Shown piece after piece: positions 17,172-19,764 of a stretch of 19,764 nt of DNA. The translations under genes were made by a program, and so were the position numbers. The stretch covers positions 1 through 19,764 of the forward strand of contig JAAFKI010000132.1 of the NCBI GenBank assembly GCA_021399345.1, written 5' to 3'. Position 1 is the stretch's first letter. Each line of letters starts with the position of its first letter. Under the pieces are notes generated by a model that was given only the letters and a program-made list of their open reading frames with translations, made no database searches and had not been told where the DNA came from. The stretch is from Candidatus Heimdallarchaeota archaeon. Its GTDB lineage: Archaea; Asgardarchaeota; Heimdallarchaeia; Heimdallarchaeales; Heimdallarchaeaceae.

Positions 17172-17311
17172 ATTGATTTGGCAAAAAAGGACTATGTTCC
17201 AAATCAATTAACCGTCTTGTAATTCAATATTAAGCTCTCCCGGAAATATCCGCCTTGATATTCAGAATTCCAGTAATTCCTTACATATTGAACATACTTT
17301 TTTTTTGCCAA
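17172..17311 (-). ncRNA. Putative structured leader or small RNA upstream of the 17155 ORF
   Basis: IRs 17178..17188/17301..17311, 17193..17199/17290..17296, 17223..17230/17285..17292 and competing 17172..17181/17199..17208. A minus-strand TTTATAA lies at 17332..17338. Confidence 0.45.
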
Positions 17312-17460
17312 GTATTATTGATTTTTCTCCCTTATAAATCTAGCAAAAACAAATTATCTGAAAATAAAATACTCATCATATCTAAAATTTTTCAGTGATC
17401 AGAGACATCTTGTCATTAAATTTCCTTGGGGCTTATATGGTCAAATTTGGTTTTAACGTA

Positions 17461-17676
17461 GATGAGTGAGAATTACTGCATCTCCACCCCCCGTGGACTG
17501 TTAATTTCTCACTTATCACTAAAAGGAAAAAGGAGTGAAGAAAAGAGGTTTAGTAGTTCTTCTGCAATCTTATTCGAATTCCTGATGCAATTATACACAT
17601 AGTACTAATCAGTGGTTCCTCTACTGGTTTTAGAAATAAGTCTAGAAGAGGAACCATTGGTTTTCGACAATTCGAA
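17461..17676 (+). other. Long hairpins upstream of tnpB (candidate left end or leader RNA)
   Basis: 17461..17475/17502..17517 with inner TCCAC/GTGGA; 17607..17622/17647..17662 (16 bp, both mismatches G-U on the + strand); 17573..17580/17669..17676. Confidence 0.6.
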
Positions 17677-17723
17677 AAAGGTTCAGTGTTTATCAAACAC
17701 TTACAATTTTAGGAGTTGAACTC

Positions 17724-19259
17724 ATGAAAATTGAAGAACTAAATAAACAAGAAGAACTACTAATTGAAAACAATAAACATGGAAAACATGGAGAAGTCAA
17801 AAGCACTACTCAAATACCATTAGTTACATTCTATGAGACTGTTTCTCTGAGAATCAAGACGGAATTAATGACTATTAGAGAGTGTGAAAGGTTGCGAAGA
17901 ATAACCGAACGAGATACCAGAATCATCAGAGACTACCTGCGAATCATCTATCACAACGAGGAGAAAATTCTACGAAAAAATGGTAAAGTAAGTGCATCCC
18001 TATTGGATAAATTGACTTTAACAACTTCAAAGAAGACGAATCATAAGTTACGGACATCTGTACCTCATGACTTAAAGAAGCGTTATCCTCGTTGCTCATT
18101 TGATGAATTACAGGAATGCAGAGACAAAGCTATCTGGACTTATGAAAGCTGGAAAACACAACAAAATGTTTCCAAGAATGAACTGAGTAGACCTTCGTTC
18201 AAGAAGAAAACTCCCAGACCATTGTTCAAAGGAACACAAGGCAGAGGTACGTTTCAAGTTCATCATGAACCTGTTAATACCGATGCTAAACTTTGGCTAG
18301 AGTTAAGAGATTCTCTTGATACGAAACGTTCTAGCAATAGAACCCATAATCGACTATGGCTACCTTTAGCTTATTCACCCTACCACGAGAAGAGGTTAAA
18401 ACTAGAAAACATCAAAATGATGGAACTAGTTCATAAATCCAAAGAACAACAGTGGTGGGCACATTTCACCCTCCAGTATTCTATCCCTCAATACCAATCC
18501 ATCCTTCCACCTGCAGTGTTAGGAGTAGATCTGGGAATAAAGAAAACAGCTGTTGCAGTGTTACTTAACCCTACAGGCAGAGTAATCATGGATGAAATAC
18601 GCTTTATCGTTGATAAGGAGAGACAGTCGAAAATATGGCAAATAAGTAGACAGATCAAGGAAACTCAGAGGAAGTTGAACAAAAGTCTCAACAATGGGCA
18701 ACATACAGAACAGCTTAATGCTACGCTCTTCAGTCTACGTAGAAGACGACGTTCTGTTACTGAACAGGAATTGGGGTATGCTGTTAACCAATTGGTTGAT
18801 TTCATCCTTCAGTTGAAGAAGCGATATAATTTGTTTGTATCTGTTGGCTATCCAAAGAACATTCGGAAACGTCATCGTCGAGGTAGTGGGAACAAATCTT
18901 TACGTAAGAAAGTGCATAAGTGGTGTTTTCGCTACTTTATCACTAGACTGCAATATCAGTTAACTAAGTATGGATTTGAACCCCATCGAGTGGTAGCTGT
19001 TAATGAAAGTTGGACCTCTAAGCGATGTTCTAGGTGTAATTCGCTTAACACTACCCGTACAGGACAAGGACAGTTTAACTGCCACCAATGCAACTACGAA
19101 CTAGATGCAGATCTGAACGGAGCAAAGAATATAGGGAAGAGGTTGATTCGCTATGCGTTGAAACCAAAATTCAGTGGTATAAGAGACACACTAACAGAGG
19201 ACTACCATCCGCTACGACACTACAACTGTTTCCAGCCCTTAGGTCAATGGCTTAAGTGA
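17724..19259 (+). CDS. tnpB: TnpB RNA-guided endonuclease with rearranged (Fanzor-like) RuvC-II
   Basis: RuvC-I LGVDLG (D269); RuvC-II position reads VSVGYP (G375) with alternative Glu in VNESWTS (E428); Zn finger CSRC..CHQC; RuvC-III DADLNGAKNI (D463); AGGAG SD at 17711. Confidence 0.92.
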   Translation: MKIEELNKQEELLIENNKHGKHGEVKSTTQIPLVTFYETVSLRIKTELMTIRECERLRRITERDTRIIRDYLRIIYHNEEKILRKNGKVSASLLDKLTLTTSKKTNHKLRTSVPHDLKKRYPRCSFDELQECRDKAIWTYESWKTQQNVSKNELSRPSFKKKTPRPLFKGTQGRGTFQVHHEPVNTDAKLWLELRDSLDTKRSSNRTHNRLWLPLAYSPYHEKRLKLENIKMMELVHKSKEQQWWAHFTLQYSIPQYQSILPPAVLGVDLGIKKTAVAVLLNPTGRVIMDEIRFIVDKERQSKIWQISRQIKETQRKLNKSLNNGQHTEQLNATLFSLRRRRRSVTEQELGYAVNQLVDFILQLKKRYNLFVSVGYPKNIRKRHRRGSGNKSLRKKVHKWCFRYFITRLQYQLTKYGFEPHRVVAVNESWTSKRCSRCNSLNTTRTGQGQFNCHQCNYELDADLNGAKNIGKRLIRYALKPKFSGIRDTLTEDYHPLRHYNCFQPLGQWLK

Positions 19260-19537
19260 TTCTGCAAAGAATACATCGTTTTACTAAAATCGATGTGCGA
19301 GGTCAAGAATCTGTCATCTCACTAGTTTGACTGATTCGGTAATGAGTGCCCTTTATCGAGAGATGAATCCTTTGAGCAGATTTACAGCAATGTAATTTTG
19401 TTCCAGAGACTGGTACTGCTACACTATGAACTGATTATCTTTTCATTTTGTACAGTTTTACCACTATGCCAACCCTTTGTTACGCCAGTTTAGGAGGAGT
19501 CTTGGAAGGATCTTCACGAAAACTATAACAGGTTTTT
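19258..19537 (+). ncRNA. Putative omega-RNA (scaffold to TTCAC at 19517; guide ~19518..19537)
   Basis: Stems 19273..19278/19291..19296, 19308..19313/19377..19382, 19314..19320/19360..19366 and 19401..19411/19498..19507 (one bulge). ATCCTT 19367..19372 is complementary to AAGGAT 19506..19511. The region ends in TTCAC like IS200/IS605 right ends. Confidence 0.55.
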
Positions 19538-19550
19538 GGGTAGAAAATAA

Positions 19551-19626
19551 CTCATATGTCAACCATGACCCTAAATCTTTCAAATCTGACTTCCCTTCCT
19601 TTTCTTTTTTTTCTTCTGTATTTCAT
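19551..19626 (-). pseudogene. Decayed 5' fragment of an aldo/keto reductase gene
   Basis: ATG 19626 gives MKYRR, then an A-rich insertion with frameshift, then EGKSDLK-D-LGSWLTY, versus MKYRKVGKSGLKVSELSLGSWLTF at 353. Upstream AAGTGATATT vs AGGTGATAAT. Confidence 0.7.
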
Positions 19627-19764
19627 AATATCACTTATCTATTTGTTACTAAGAAGAGTGCAGATTGACACAATAAAAAGTATGTGGATTTTCAATTTTT
19701 TTGACTTACAGTCGGAAGAAAAAACTCTTAATGCTGAATAGTTATTTTTCAATCGGTGTTAAAA

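Larger units (their letters stand above)
17461..19517 (+). mobile_element. Non-autonomous IS200/IS605-type (IS1341-like) tnpB-only element; left boundary uncertain
   Basis: Solo tnpB with no tnpA, hairpin-rich flanks and a TCAC terminus. Confidence 0.55.

Noticed and set aside
17724-19259. Cas12f/type V CRISPR effector, or nuclease-dead TldR
   Set aside because: There is no CRISPR array or cas1/2/4 in the window, and the missing RuvC-II Glu is plausibly compensated by E428.
19400-19460. Group I intron R/S-like words (CAGAGACTG ... GTACAGTT)
   Set aside because: I could not identify P3/P4/P6, and the S match is poor. The omega-RNA explanation is simpler; an Rfam scan would settle it.
19477-19741. 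Plus-strand ORFs 19477..19668 and 19556..19741
   Set aside because: They overlap the putative element end and are antisense to the AKR remnant, with low-complexity products.

Overview
AT-rich archaeal DNA, with BRE/TATA promoters, leaderless starts and GGTGA/GGAGG Shine-Dalgarno sites. A RING-H2 protein, HEAT repeats and an SBBP/Ig-like surface protein suggest an Asgard archaeon (inference, no marker gene). The window looks like a ~19 kb accessory island. It lies between an apparently intact aldo/keto reductase 5' end (1..353, -) and a decayed, frameshifted copy of that 5' end (19551..19626, -). Cargo: two tandem RNxxxH (HEPN-like) proteins; a protein with six 67-69 aa repeats fused to a PD-(D/E)XK nuclease; a HerA/DUF87-type ATPase; zinc-ribbon proteins (one with a C-terminal TFIIB-type ribbon); a RING-H2 protein; three HEAT-repeat genes with similar 5' ends; and an SBBP surface protein. 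It also holds two copies of a small module (divergent promoter + WxP-motif gene + convergent hydrophilic micro-ORF with a structured leader) and a solo TnpB with the Fanzor-like rearranged RuvC-II, a structured upstream region and a putative omega-RNA ending in TTCAC. No rRNA, tRNA, CRISPR array or integrase was seen.
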